A DNA stretch of 64,000 bases from Amoebidium appalachense (GCA_963693365.1 CAVNZM010000009.1:9095408-9159407); one strand, 5' to 3'; positions 27,523-58,806 are shown, counted from the stretch's first letter. The notes: generated by a model not told the origin, from the letters alone. Made by a program: numbers and translations.

Positions 27523-28188
27523 CCCGGTCCCAGTGCAGCAACTCCACCATCACCCCGGCTTTCATATTTGAACTTCACATCATGCAGTCTATACAAACTG
27601 ACGTTTTCTCTAGCAGAGTAACCAAGGGAAGAAAACATATAGGCTAGATACTGCATTCGTCAAACCGAGTGAGTCAATTGGCACCCACCTTCTTTTGCTG
27701 CACTGGTGCGGCAGTTTCATTATTATCACCTTGCAAGGTCTGCATTGGGTTAAAGAAGTTGGAAAATGGGTTAGCAGGTGCTAAGCCTTGGTGTCACAAA
27801 CACACCAACAGGAGTGGTGGAGGTGGTGGCGGTGGAGAAGTGGAAAAACGGGTGGATTTACAAGAGGGAAGGAAGAGAGAGAGGGGGGGGGGGGGGGGGG
27901 GGGGGGGGAAGTAGTATACATGATGTTCATGTATGGGGCAACTAACCATGCACACACATTTGGTGAAGTATACATGATGTTCATGTATGGGGCAACTAAC
28001 CATGCACACACATTTGGTGAAACCCCCTCCCCCCCCCCAAGTTGCTAAGCCTTGGTGTCACATACACTGCAAGACAGCACGGTGGTGGCCGAGTTGAAGG
28101 TGGAGAAGTGGAGAAGCGGTAGGATTAGAAAGAAGGTGGGTGGTGGCGGCGGTGGGTGGGGTGGGGGGTGGGGGTGGGGTGTGTGTGT

Positions 28189-28220
<32 letters not shown>

Positions 28221-30394
28221 AATTTAGCACACACTTTGAGGTAGGCGACCAGGGTGCCGCAGATTGCTTTGTGCTCTTCGTAGGGGTCAATGGATGCAAG
28301 CTCAGCCTCCCTGTGGCACGTAAAAGCATCAGCACACGGCAAATGCTCGGATATAACCGTTTGATTGAGAATGATGATAAGGCCAACTGGTCTTTCCCTA
28401 CGAAAACCCATTCTCTTCCCCTTACCCCCACCCCCCCCCCCTCTCCGGAGCCCTGCGCACCCCACCCCCAAGAAACCCATTATCAAAAAGGGAAAAAAGG
28501 ACATACAAGCTTTACAACAGATTTCCATGATACTAACGAAAGTATGCCACCCATACTGCTTGTGCCGGTGTGTGTGTGTATGAGTGTGTGTGTTCGCGTG
28601 CGAGTGTTGGGGAGAAAGGAGGTGGGGGCTGACGCTTGAAGGAAGGGGGGGGGGGGGGGGGGAGGAGGGAAGGTGGGGACACACACTTCTCCTTGCGTTT
28701 TGCCTCCTTCTCAGCTGCAAGCTGTGCGGCCTTCTGCTTTCTCTCCTCCTCCAACTGCTCCCGTATCTCCTGCAGGGCGCAAACATGTCAGAACACGGGC
28801 CTATGCACATCAGAATGAGGATCTTTAACCGGCAAGCAATAAAATTATGGGTGGAAAATGGTTTCGCTCCCCTAACCCCCCCCCCCCCCCGCTTTCTTCC
28901 AATCCAGCCCCCTGCCTACCACACACACGTTTACCTCACCTCCCCTCCTCCCTCCCCACCCCCCGTCTCAAACCCCCATCCCCCCTCCACAAACACACAC
29001 ATACACAGGGAGACCCAGAAAAAAAGGGTTGGGGGAGGGGAGGGTGAGGAAGAAAGGGAGACACACCCGCACCCCTCCCCCCCCTCCTTCCCTCCCACGC
29101 ACACACACACAGAGCACATCCACAAAAATCGGTATCCTACCCCTCACCAACGTCAAACCATCCGCTCCTCAACAGCCTCCGCATTTTGATTGCAACTACA
29201 TCCTCATACTAAACCACCACACCCACAAGCATGCTACAACCCACACATAGCCCACATAATCAAGAAGATCTGCATTTTACGCACCTTTGTCTTTTCCCAG
29301 TATTCGCTCTGAGCCTTCTGGTGAGCCGCCTGTGCCTCCCGCCTTCTAGAATAGCAGTCGTCAATCTTCCTGCGAATCTCCTCGCGTTGCACATTCAGCC
29401 CCTTGATACCCTGTGATTATTTTTAAGTGTCAATAACACGTGTGAACACTTTTTGCCACGTGCGTCGAAAATACTAAAGCATAAGTCGTGTCGTGAACGC
29501 GGATAGATGGGAACTGGGCATTGGAGGTATCACAATGCCACCCCTTAGCAACACCTTACTGGCTGCCCCAGGATGGATTGGGGGGGGGGGGGTTTTGAAT
29601 GCGTCAAAAAGTACGAAGTACACAAGAACAAACGGATAACACGATGCAGAATGCAAGCCATACATAAAGAGTATGCATAATAAGCAGAGCCCATCCTCAG
29701 GGGGGGCCCACGTCATCCACAGTACCCGAGTTTCGACCTATTCCCCTCGTTAACGAAACCCAACTCAGATACTGTTTCACTTGAACATGAGTAGGTCACC
29801 CGTCTTGATCAGAGACGAGCAGGGTTGCTTATGCAGGCAAGGGCAGTGGGAAAGGCCGGGGGTTAAAGTTGCAGCAGTAAGCAGAAGCAAGAAAAATATA
29901 GATAGGAACTCAGGAGACGGGGCTTCTAGGAAGCTCCCCCGTCGATACCTAAGTCGATACTTCCCTGGCTAACATACTACACCAGCTGAAAAGAATTAAG
30001 TCCCGAAGGCCACAGAATTCGTAATCAGAGGGGAAAATATGAGATTTGACCCACGCCGCAGGGTAGTAACACGCTTACTAGGGCGGAACTTTATCGTCTT
30101 CGAACGGAAAGCTATGCCCCCGGATGTCAGCCGGAAATATGGTATCACCCATTGCTTTGGGCTTGAAAAAAGCCAAACCGATAGTCCGAGTTATGTTACG
30201 CCGGCGGGTAACATGCCGCATGGGTTCCAAGGGAGCTGTCGCCAACAGAGCGGTGTGTGCATGCGTGCGCGTAACGCAATGTGTGAAGTGTGTCTATAGC
30301 TATGAAAGGGGGTATGCAGAAGTGGACAGATGAAGTGTGTGGAGAGAAAAACAGTAAGAAGAAAAGTAGACACCGGTATGTGCAACCCCGCACA

Positions 30395-30429
<35 letters not shown>

Positions 30430-30446
30430 AATAAGCGAAGATTACT

Positions 30447-30481
<35 letters not shown>

Positions 30482-30735
30482 GGAGGGGTCGTAGGTTGTC
30501 CAACCATCAACATAAAGACGTACACCCGAAGTGAAAACCGTAATCTTCGGGGGGGGGGGGGGGGGGGGGGGGGGGGATTTAAAAAAAATGGAATTCGACT
30601 CTGTTAAATCAAATCTATCACCCATACTTTTTAACATCTCTTCGTTTCAACAGCAGTAAGTGACCTACCCTTTCTCTTGACCAGAAAGGAGGGATGGTGG
30701 TGGTGCTGTTATTTATTTTATTTTATTTTATTTTA

Positions 30736-30767
<32 letters not shown>

Positions 30768-31135
30768 GGGAGGAGGAGACAAGAGTACAGCGACACTATA
30801 CACATTCAAACCCGTGACAGCAACACCCACCACCTTCTCCTTCTCCCATTGACCCCCCCCCCCCCCCCCCTCCCAAAAAAAAAAAAAAAAAGGAAAAAAC
30901 ACACACACACCTCGGATTCCTTGTCCTGTGCCGCCCTGATGGCATCGAGTTGCTTCTTAATCTTCTCCTCCTCCTTCTTCACCTCGCTCAGCTGGTCGTT
31001 GGTAGCCTGCATAACAAAAGAGTTGGTTACTTTTTCTTCATGCACTTCAGAGAATATCATCACTAGCTCTCTTGAACACAGAGAGAGTTCTTATGGCACC
31101 ATGCCGAAAACCGCTCCCATCCCCCCCCCCCCCCC

Positions 31136-31169
<34 letters not shown>

Positions 31170-31730
31170 AAGAACACACATACATACCCCCCCCCCCCCC
31201 AAAAAAAAAAAACACACACACACACACACACGTCTACATCCCGCCCGCTTCCCGCTCCCCCCCCCCCCCCCCTCCTCCTCCCTCCTCCCACATACACACA
31301 CACACACCTTACCCCCAATGTCCGCCCGCCAACCAACCCTTAGATGTACCTCAAGTCCCTTACAAGTACCCCAAAGCCAAATGAGCCAAGGGTAAAAAGG
31401 GTGCAACACGTCTACCAAAAAAAAAGGAAAAAAAAAAAAAAAAAGAAAAAAAAGAAAGAAAGAAAGAAAATAAAATAAACAAAATACCCCAAAAACCCAA
31501 CACACACATGCTCAAGTCCTTATTGAAACAGCCTCAAACACATCTTTACTATTCCTTCAGCACCGCATCGTACCTTCTGCTCATCACGGAACTTGTTCAG
31601 TGTCTTTCTGGCATCGTCACCTGCTTTCCGTGCTGCTTTGAATGCCCTGCCCCCAGCTCATCAGTTCTTGTACTGGTGCAAGCTCACATATGGCAATGAA
31701 AACTTCCTAGTCTCCTGACGTCTCACCTCC

Positions 31731-31769
<39 letters not shown>

Positions 31770-32297
31770 TTCCCCCTCCCGGCCGTCCCCCTCCCCCCGG
31801 CCACCGGCACGCTCATGCAAACACGCATAGAAATACACACAACCTAAGACAGTATGGTCTTTCTTGCTGTTTCTTGTCTCCCGGCCAGAAATTGACGGCA
31901 TCTCCATTCCACCACCTCTTCCCTATCTTCACCGACCTAACCGTCGACTTCTTACCACATTTTTCTTCCCCCACTCAGCCCATTAGACCCATTGCTACCC
32001 CCCCCCCCCCCCCCCACGCCCCCGCCCCCTCCCCCTGATATCAAAACACACAAGCACACATACCCTTCGTCACCTCAAACTTCACCCCTTATCCCTTTCC
32101 CCCACCACAGAAACATCTCTTTCGGCCACCACCCCTTGCTCTGTACAACACGTGCTTTCAATATCCCAGGCACACAGGAAATAATTCCTCCGGAAAATTT
32201 CTTCTCTTCAAACAGTCCCTCTCTCACGTCCCCCACCCGCCCCGTGCGCTTTTCAAAACCATACAAATTTCCTCCTACACATCCCCAACCCCTACCT

Positions 32298-32330
<33 letters not shown>

Positions 32331-33723
32331 TTACACACACATATCCCGCCCACGTCCCAAGCGCAACCCCCCCAGGCGTGAGGTGGCTAAAGCAAACACA
32401 TACTCAGAAGCAGCCTGGCCAAGACGGAGTTTCTCGAGGTCTGCAGTCAGCTTGGCAACGTCTGCCCCCTCCTGTATGAGCTGCTCCTCAAGCTTGCTGC
32501 ACAGGATGAACATGGGTAAGCAATTAGTAGACATTGAAGTGAGGATGTGGTTGCATTTGGAAGAGGCCCCTTATAACAAACCAACGTAGATCAGAACGAC
32601 ACGATGCATACGGATGAGAGAATGGAATGAAATAACAGACCAAGCGCAGATTGAATTGGCAGGGTATTAACCACATATGTACTATTCTCTGCCAAAAATG
32701 CCCTTTGAACCCGTTGTTCAGTAGTTGTCGGCCTACAGAACACTGTGCAAAAGCCCAACTCTACATCAGAAGCTAAGGGCATGGTGTCATTACCTGATGG
32801 CCTCTGGGTAGTTTTCAACCTTGGGGCCCCTTGGTTGTGCCTGGAGTGCCTTTTCTGCTTCTTTCTGTTGAAGTAGAGGGGGCTAGAGTCAGTGGTTACT
32901 CATACACGTATAGAGCTGTATTCTCGGTTTATTAAAAAACTTGAATCTGTGAGTGTAGGGCTGTGTATTTAGCTATGTTGCATAGCCACTTAATGCCCCT
33001 GCCAAAAAAGCATCCCTGAAAAACAGCAAGACTTCTCCCATCCTTTTCTATCCCTTTGTGCCAACCTTTGCTTTTCCTTCACAGATCCTCTCGTGCCACC
33101 TTTTAAAGATCCAGTTATCCAGCAAAGCATGAATCGTATTCCAGCATACCTTTGTGTCAACATCAGCCTGGGCGTCACGGATCTTCTCCGCAAGTTCATC
33201 CTTCTTAATGTAGAGAGAGTCTCTGGTTGCCCTCAGCTTGCGGAGCTCGGCGGACATGTTCTGGGTACCGGAACGCTGGCCCTTGGCAGGCGCCTGGGCA
33301 TCGATCTCAGCAGTGATGGTTTTCTGTATGAATGTCTCCTGTGAGCAAAGCATCCTGCACATGAAGACCCCTGCTACCTAGCTTCCCTCTTTGAACTTCC
33401 ACGTGTGTGAGCTTCGCGTCTTATACACCCTAAAACAGACACCTACCCACCCACGTACCTACAAGCACACACGCCCACCCACCCACCCACCCACCCACAC
33501 ACACGAATGAACGCACCGCACACAAGCGGATTCATGCACCCACCAGTTGTGCCTGGAGGTCTGCCAGCTCGGCATCAAGGGCGGCCTTCTGCTCCTTGAA
33601 ATCCTTCTCGTTTGGTGGAGGAGGCATCCTGTGGTCGACACGGGGGGACCCAAAGTGTGGGGACCCACCCCCTCTGCCGCCACGCCCACCGCGCGCTCCA
33701 CTGCTGCCTCTACCCTCAGACAT
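24360..33723 (-). CDS. BFR1: BFR1-like (nuclear segregation protein / PPI1-like) coiled-coil RNA-associated protein, ~14 exons
   Basis: Approximate exons: 33723-33544, 33338-33150, 32864-32794, 32496-32404, ~31706-31574, 31006-30911, 29410-29285, 28769-28687, 28310-28235, 27739-27689, 27085-26945, 25971-25854, 25107-25014, 24419-24360 (TAG). N-terminal RGG stretch and PPNEKDFKEQKAALDAEL, long coiled coil, DPYEEHKAICGTLVAYLK, Lys-rich GKKNKKKK, and LTMPISVIGDFGFIKVKAPLSRADIPATLEAIQERKQFY match my recollection of the BFR1 family layout. The junction near 32404/31706 is not phase-resolved. Confidence 0.75.
25521..25643 (-). mobile_element. Diverged internal fragment of the poly(G/C)-anchored repeat
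   Basis: TCATCCGCAGTACCCAAGTTTCGACC and GAGACGAGCA match blocks at 29713-29738 and 29812-29821. Confidence 0.55.
26571..26705. repeat. Perfect tandem repeat, 45 bp x 3
   Basis: CATACTCGTAAATCGGTTAAGACGTTAAAGAACAACCATCTCTCT x3, no spacers. Confidence 0.95.
27914..28021. repeat. Perfect tandem duplication, 54 bp x 2
   Basis: GTATACATGATGTTCATGTATGGGGCAACTAACCATGCACACACATTTGGTGAA x2. Confidence 0.95.
29593..30253 (-). mobile_element. Longest copy of a poly(G/C)-anchored interspersed repeat (putative retroelement 3' end) in a BFR1-like intron
   Basis: 29594-29722 reads identical to 4085-4213, and the segment from AAGAGTATGC to 29802 reads identical to 52690-52825. Starts directly after a G-run with TTTGAA. 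The far boundary is approximate. Confidence 0.75.
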
Positions 33724-34093
33724 GGTGACCTGTGTAGGGTTAATCTCTGTTAGTTCGTTTTGAAACTTAGTAAAGAGGCCCTCAGCCGGAATCCGAGCAC
33801 CAGGTGAGCCTAGCACCCTGTGTAATTGAATCATTGAGACAACCTTTACTCCTGCTACTGGCACTTGAAAGCGAATGAACTTAGACACATCAATTAAGCA
33901 CTCTTACCTCTTCAATGAGAAAACTAAGCTTGACTATGTGTGATCTATGATGTCGAAACCTTCATCACTTAATCTTTGCAATGCTTGTGTCGCAGAATTG
34001 TGGCCTCTTTGTGAGCCTGATCTGTCAGGAAGTTCCGTTTTCGAGCTTCGCGACCGGACTGCTTCGCACACATTCCACGGGGCGAAATAAAAT

Positions 34094-34180
34094 CAGGGTT
34101 CGATTTTTTGTTTCGAATTTTTTGGGGGGCCAACTGCTTCTTAGGTAATCGCCAAAAAAACGTTGGTAAAACCCTCGATC

Positions 34181-34218
<38 letters not shown>

Positions 34219-34454
34219 TCCCCCCATCTCTCCCCCCCTCCCTTCCTCCCTCCCTCCCTCCCGGGAAGTCGCTGTGTGTTGAAACGTTTTTTGGCGAAGA
34301 GTGCGCAGATATGTGCTCTGATCATGAGGTGTGGCCGGTTCCGGGATCCGGAAGTGGGTGCACATGTACACATGAGGGGCCGGCCAGGCACTGGGGGCCC
34401 GGTCCGGGGGGGGCGGCCGGGCGCCCCGGGGTAGGCAAGGGCGGGACTGAGGGA

Positions 34455-34492
<38 letters not shown>

Positions 34493-34771
34493 GGGGGGGG
34501 GGGGGGGGGGGGGCCGGAAGGGGAGGGGGTACACGTGCAACAGGCCTAGGCTGATCGATCTTGGCCCACGGTGACCCTGAGCTAATTTTATAAGTTATCG
34601 GGGCCGGGCGAGTCCCACGGTCGGGCGCCAGCCCGAAAATTTTCGAATTTTAAATTTGTATGTTTTCGCGCTCAAAATCGATGATTTTTGGACTTCTCGA
34701 CACCGTGCTATTTTATCACGAGTGCATGCAGAAGTAGGGGCTGCAGCTAACTTGGGCGTGTGTCACGGTGT

Positions 34772-34819
<48 letters not shown>

Positions 34820-34933
34820 GGGGGGGGGGGGGGGGGGGGAGGGGAGGGTGGGCTGTACCATCGGGCAATCTTTGGGAAATCGTTCAAAAAGTTTGGTAAA
34901 TTACCAAACGTTTTTGGGTAATTTCGAACTCTG
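34094..34933. mobile_element. Non-autonomous hAT-type DNA transposon (MITE), 840 bp
   Basis: TIRs CAGGGTTCGA (34094) and TCGAACTCTG (ends 34933; 9/10 match). Perfect 8-bp TSD AATAAAAT at 34086-34093 and 34934-34941. Subterminal GGTAA/TTACC motifs at both ends; no credible ORF. Confidence 0.9.
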
Positions 34934-35834
34934 AATAAAATGCCAGTTCAGCCAATCAAAGAGGGCGTTGCCAAGGAACACTGTAGCACAAATTTGCGTA
35001 AACTGACTTGCGACCTCTCCTGATGGCATCATCGGACGGTGATCATGAAGGAGCACGGCCATCTATGTAGACTACCGTGTTTCTAGATGGCTGTGTGAAG
35101 AAGGAAGAATTCGAAGCAAGGCCGTGATCAGAAGGTGAAAAAAATAAAAGAAAAAAAATAAGATAAAGGGTTGAGCCTTTGTGAAATTTCAGGTTGGGTG
35201 ATGTAAGCACAAAGTCATATTACACACACACGCACACACACACACTCACAAGCATCAACTATTCAGCTGCAGCTGACTCCCGAGGTTTGAGACACCCTAG
35301 ATCTTCGAAGTGACCTAGGGGGTCACTGGCGCCAAATTTGAATTCGAGTGAAGCTGGCAGCAATCTTGGCGAGCAAGTCACCGTTAAATGGCCAACAGTT
35401 CTCATATACAAGTTGAACCCCATGTTCCGTGTAACACATCTTATAATCCTTTTATAAGTTTCGGTGTTTGGGACCCACCGTCAATGGCCATATGCTGAAA
35501 AATTGCGTTGCTTAGCAATTTAGCCCTTGCTATTTCTAAATAACGTAAGAAATGAACAGTGGAAACCAATTCTTTCTTAACAGGCTTTTGAGTGAGCACT
35601 CTCACACACAATTTTTAGAACGTGGTTTACGTGCATTGTGATTCCCTGACACATGAAAGGACCATTTTGAAAAAAATTAACCTTCATGTCGTTTACGATT
35701 GCAGCTTAGAGAACACAGAAAACATTTTAAGTCCCCGAGAGCAATTTACTTAGCTGTAAGCAAAGAGGTGTCTTAGGTTTACATAACCATCATAACTGTT
35801 GGTACTGCTAAGCGCTCTGTGTCAGCTGTGCAGA

Positions 35835-53698
<17,864 letters not shown>

Positions 53699-53951
53699 CC
53701 CACTACAACCTGAAAATTTGAACCAAAAAATAGACGTAATATTGATTGTATGATGTGGTAAGTTATGGCAACCCGCTAAAAAAGGCAACTGATAGATAGA
53801 AAAAACATATCACTGTGTCCAGTGATAATATAAAAGTAAGTGTACTGTGTAATACTGCCCGGATAACGTTAGTATTTTTTAAGTCCCTACCCACTTTGCA
53901 GGTTAAATTGGGTGGAAAATGCATGGACCTGTTGGTTCCAGATTGGCTTGG

Positions 53952-54014
<63 letters not shown>

Positions 54015-54618
54015 GTTCACGGCGATTGTGTGCGGATTGTGTTTGATGTTTGATGTTTCAAATAACTCGATAACACAATTACGCCAGTTCTAAATTAGAA
54101 ACATCGTGTTTGAACAGAAGCGTTTTTTTTTGTTTTGTTTTGTTTGTTTTTTTTGTTTTGTTTTGTTTTTTGTTGTTTTTTTTTTTTTTTTTTTGGGGGG
54201 GGGGGGGGATGTTGTTATTCATACCTTATCTAACTGAGCATGAGTAACTTAGCATGAGAATCAGAACGGCCTATGAGAACGCTAAGTCAAGTGAATCAGA
54301 TGATGGTAGATGCACGTGCGTACTACTAGGCCAGCCGTAGGTCTTAATGCTAAGGTTAGCTGGCCGTGCTCCTGGCATATTATCCGCATGGATAAAGCAA
54401 AGTTACAAGGATTCAAGCCATTGGTTGGGCAGGCGAGACCCCTTTTGCCGAATATGGATAACAGATCATACACTGCTGTAGGCGGCGGTCAGGAATTGGC
54501 GCGCTCTTTCCTGGTCACAACCAGCCCGGGAAGGGGTCCGGGGCACACTGGAATATGGGTATGTTTGCGGTAACGTAGTCGCACTAGGGGGGCAGGGGGC
54601 CAGGCCCCAAGTGTTTAA

Positions 54619-56025
54619 AATGAAGCCAGGCGCCCTAAGGGCACAAGACAGCGCCCTGGGCATAAAACAGGCGGAGCTAGGTAGGGAGCTGGGCGCAAAA
54701 AAAAAGATGCTGCATTTGTTCAGCCTTTAGCGAACTTTGCAGGTTTTGGGAAGGCAAACAAGGCTGTTTTGCAGGAACTAAACGTAAACGCACAACCCGA
54801 ACAGCCCCCTCTATCTAAGGCCGCCGATATAAGGGCCCGTGTAGTTGAGGCAGGTGGCGTCCATTTGTTACCAAGAGAAATGGATCGGGCCCCTGCTCCA
54901 CACCCACCAGACATACAGGTGCAACCCGACGAGGAACCTCTGCTCAATGCAGCAGCAGATGCGTACCGGGTAGACGAGGAGGAAGGGGAGGAAGAGGGAG
55001 AAGATAATACGGACGGGGATGACGGTGGAGAGGAGTTTTCTGACGCGGCGGGCGAAGCAATCAAGTCGCACCTGCACACAGTGAAAGAGAGTCTCAAAGA
55101 TGAGAAGACGCCTGTGGGGTGGCATCTTCCACCTCCCATTATAGGCTTTAAATTTGGGGGCGATCCAGCGCCTTTCTTCAAACCCAGATGTTTTGCCTGG
55201 CTTCCGGAAAGGTTGTCTCGCGGTTTCATGGTGCCGTGCCCCTTCGATGATCACTGCGTGGACGCCCACAACCACCCCAACCCACACCGTACTTCTCGCA
55301 ATGGGTTCATGAGCAACCCCGTTGGACGGCGTGTTATCGACCTTGACAGCTGCTACTACATTATCACGGCCCGGTACTTTTGTGACACATGCAAAAAAAA
55401 CTTTGCCGGCACAAACCCCCAGACAAATAAACGCCTCCCACTCTTCATGCGTGATCAGTTTCCGGCCTACCTTAGCCACCGCAGTGGGCTCGACCTAAAG
55501 GTGGTAACATTGCACTGGCAGACAAAGGTGTGGGCCCAAACGCCTTTGCCACCCTCCTCTCGGAGCTCCACAAGCAGCGATACGACGAGCAGCGGCTCCT
55601 GTATTACTCGAGGGAGCTGCATTGGACCAAGTGTGAACTCAAAAAGCGTAACGATTTCCCCCCCCACGACCAGCGCCTGACAGAACTTCCCCCAGAGGAG
55701 CAGGCGGCTAAGTTCTCGGCGTTTGGTGACAAAAATGGTTATGCTGGACATGTGCCTTCAGGCAAGTGTGCACTGCATTTTGGGTGTGTAAATGTTCCCC
55801 TTTGTTTTGTATGCACGTGCTTGGGCATTTTTTGGGTTGGCTTGGTAGGGTTTTATTTTATTTTATTTTATTTTTATTTTATTTTTTGGGGGGGGGGGAG
55901 GGGGGGGGCCTTGGAATTGGGTTTTGGAAGTGTGGGTCAATAAGTTTCTATTATGGTGGTGGTGGATGTGTGGTGGTGGATGTGCGCCTGTGAGTGTGTG
56001 TGTACTTGTGGGTCTGTGTGTGTGT

Positions 56026-56056
<31 letters not shown>

Positions 56057-56109
56057 ATGGTGATGGATTAGGTGGTGGTGGTGGCAATCAGTCATGGTGG
56101 TGGTGGTGG

Positions 56110-56146
<37 letters not shown>

Positions 56147-56562
56147 GGCAGAGGGACCATCAGAGGGGTGAAAGCAGAACGGTCAATGTACCAGTGTTAG
56201 TGCTTGGGAAATCGTGTAGAACTGTTATGCCTGAAATTAGATGGCGGGTGTGCGCATGTGTGTCTATCTGTGTTGGGGGAAAGGAGGTGGAGAGCGGGGG
56301 GGGGGGGGGGGTGGGGGGAGGGGGGGGTGATGGGAAAGAGGTGGGGGGTGGGGGGAGGGAGGATGGGGGGGGGGGGGGGGGGGGGGGCACATGGTGGTAG
56401 ACTGGATCTTGGTGGCGGTACTTAATGGTTATTATAGTAGTGGCAGGAGGGTGTGGGGGGAAGGGCAAACGGACGTGCAGGGGACAAACTGCAGGTGGGG
56501 CATGAAGGGGAAAGAAGGTGAAAGTTGGTGCAATGCCTTGGAGGGTTTGCGCGTGCCGGGGG

Positions 56563-56596
<34 letters not shown>

Positions 56597-57005
56597 AACG
56601 GCCGGAGATGGGTGTGTAGCGTTTTTGAGATGCGAAAAGCCATGCAGACTTAAGAAAATACAGAGAGGTGAGATGAACACGAGGGACTAGAGGGAATGGG
56701 GGGGATGGTCCTTGATGGGAGGGTGGTGGAGTTCTAACAGTATTTGGGGTGCAGGCAAATACCTAAGTGCCGTGTATACTGAGTTCAGCGACCGCACGGC
56801 AAAGTACCAGAGCCTGGACACGCAGCTCAAGCCCGTAAACAACGTGCTCAAGGCCGACCACACCTTCCAAATTGGGAAGCTCACCGGCATCAATGGGGAG
56901 CCTCTGTACCGAGGCCTATGGACTTGTGTGAACGAGCTTGGCGGTGCGTGGTCCCTCCTCTTCTCCCCCCCTCCCCCCACTCTCCCCCAGGCCCCCTTAT
57001 CCCCC

Positions 57006-57059
<54 letters not shown>

Positions 57060-58769
57060 TAGAGTTTTTAAGTCTCTTAGGTTCCACATTTAATGAGAAC
57101 ACACACTGTGAGTAGAGGTGTGTAGTATGTGGGTTTTTGGGACAATTCTTGCCCTATCGAGCAAAAACTAGGAAGCTCCAGATACGCGCGGGGGGGGGGG
57201 GGGGGGGGGGGGGGGGGCAAGCTTCTGCCAAGCATAATGGGAGTAGGGGCCAGTGATTGCAAGGGATGCAGGGAGGGGGGGGGGGGGGGGGGGGGGGAGA
57301 CACCACCGTGGGGGTTGAAGGTAGAGAGGGGAAAAGGGTGGGGCGGGGGGGGGGGGGGGGGGGGGAGGACAGTAGGTGCCATATGGAGGGCTGTCAACAT
57401 GGTTGGTGAGCAAAAGGATGGCCGTCCCATGGTTTGGGAGGAGGGGCAGTGGGGAACGTGGGCACATGGGTTTGGGGGGAAGGCAGAGAGGGGGAAAGGA
57501 TTGTGATTACAATGGTTTAGGGGGAGGAAGGATTGTAGGTACATGGGTTTAGGGGGGAGGGGGGGGGGGATTTTGGGGAAAGGGAGGCCTGGGGAAAGTA
57601 TGTGGGCACATGGGTTTGGGGGGAGGGAGGGGGAAGGGTTTTGGGGGAGAGGGGGGGGGGGAGTATGTGGGCACATGGGTTTGCGGGGGAGGGAGGGGGA
57701 AAGGATTGTGTGGGCACATGGGTTTGGGGGGAGGGAGGGGGAAAGGATTGTGTGGGCACATGAAGTCTCGGGAAGGGCCATTTGGTAAGGGAAGCTAGAA
57801 CATGCATGGCTGCTCGGAGATGCCCTCTCACACAGTGCGGCACCCCAGAGATCCGGGCGCAGGTATTTACACGGGACTGCAGCCACCAGGAGATTGAGCC
57901 CGTGATCCAGCGCATCTCTGCCACCACGGCGGCGCTCAACAGCAAGGGCCCGGCCTTCTTCTACACGGATCGGTGCTGCCAAGACCGGGCGTTTGTTGAG
58001 CGCATGTTTCCAACCCTAGCCCGGCCAAAATGCCCCGTCCGCCTGAACGAGGCTGCGCTGGTAAGCATGACGGACGGTCTGCTTGGGCTGGAGCTGCCGG
58101 CCAACTACCCTAAGTTGGTGTACACCGACTGCCAGGGGGCGGTGGTGGCCACAGCGGCCATTCGGGCCGACCTGGAGGGGCAGCAGCACCGGGTGGTGGG
58201 GCTGGACTGCGAGTGGGTCTATCGGGTGGGCCAGGCGCGGCCCAAGGTTTGCACGCTGCAAATTGCCACCGCACGGGCCGTGTACATCTTCCACCTGGCA
58301 CGCATGGGCCCCAACCACAGCCCGCCCGCGCGGCTGGTGGACGAGCTGATTGCGCTGCTTAGGGACCCCAGCATCATCAAGGTGGGCAGGCAGATCGGCA
58401 CGGACTCGGCCCACCTCAACAAGGACTACGGCACCCCTGTGGCCAGCTATCTGGAGCTGGGCCGGTTCTGCTACGCCCGTGCAGCTATCACCTCTGGGCC
58501 CCCGGGGCTTGGCCGACATCACTGCCCAGGTCATAGGCAAGAAGCTGCCCAAGCCGGCACTTGTTCGGTGCTCCAACTGGCACGAGCCGCTATCAGATGT
58601 GCAGGCCACCTACGCTGCCCTTGATGCATATGCGTCCCTGCAGGTCTACTCGGCCGTGGTCGATAGGCCAAACCTGTCAGGTGTGTATCCCACCTGCTTT
58701 TTGCCCCAGTGCTTATGTGCTTATGCCAGATATAGAAAGATTGTGGGCCCCCCAGAGGAGAGGGGAGGG

Positions 58770-58806
<37 letters not shown>

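Noticed and set aside
29680-29740. Canonical hammerhead ribozyme or SECIS in the repeat family
   Set aside because: Helix I cannot be formed and CUGA is CUCA in the 6497 copy. The SECIS 3' GA of the quartet is missing (TTAT).
30035-30090. tRNA gene or SINE head (B-box-like GGGTCAAATCT; similar at 43835, 16121)
   Set aside because: No cloverleaf or convincing A box.
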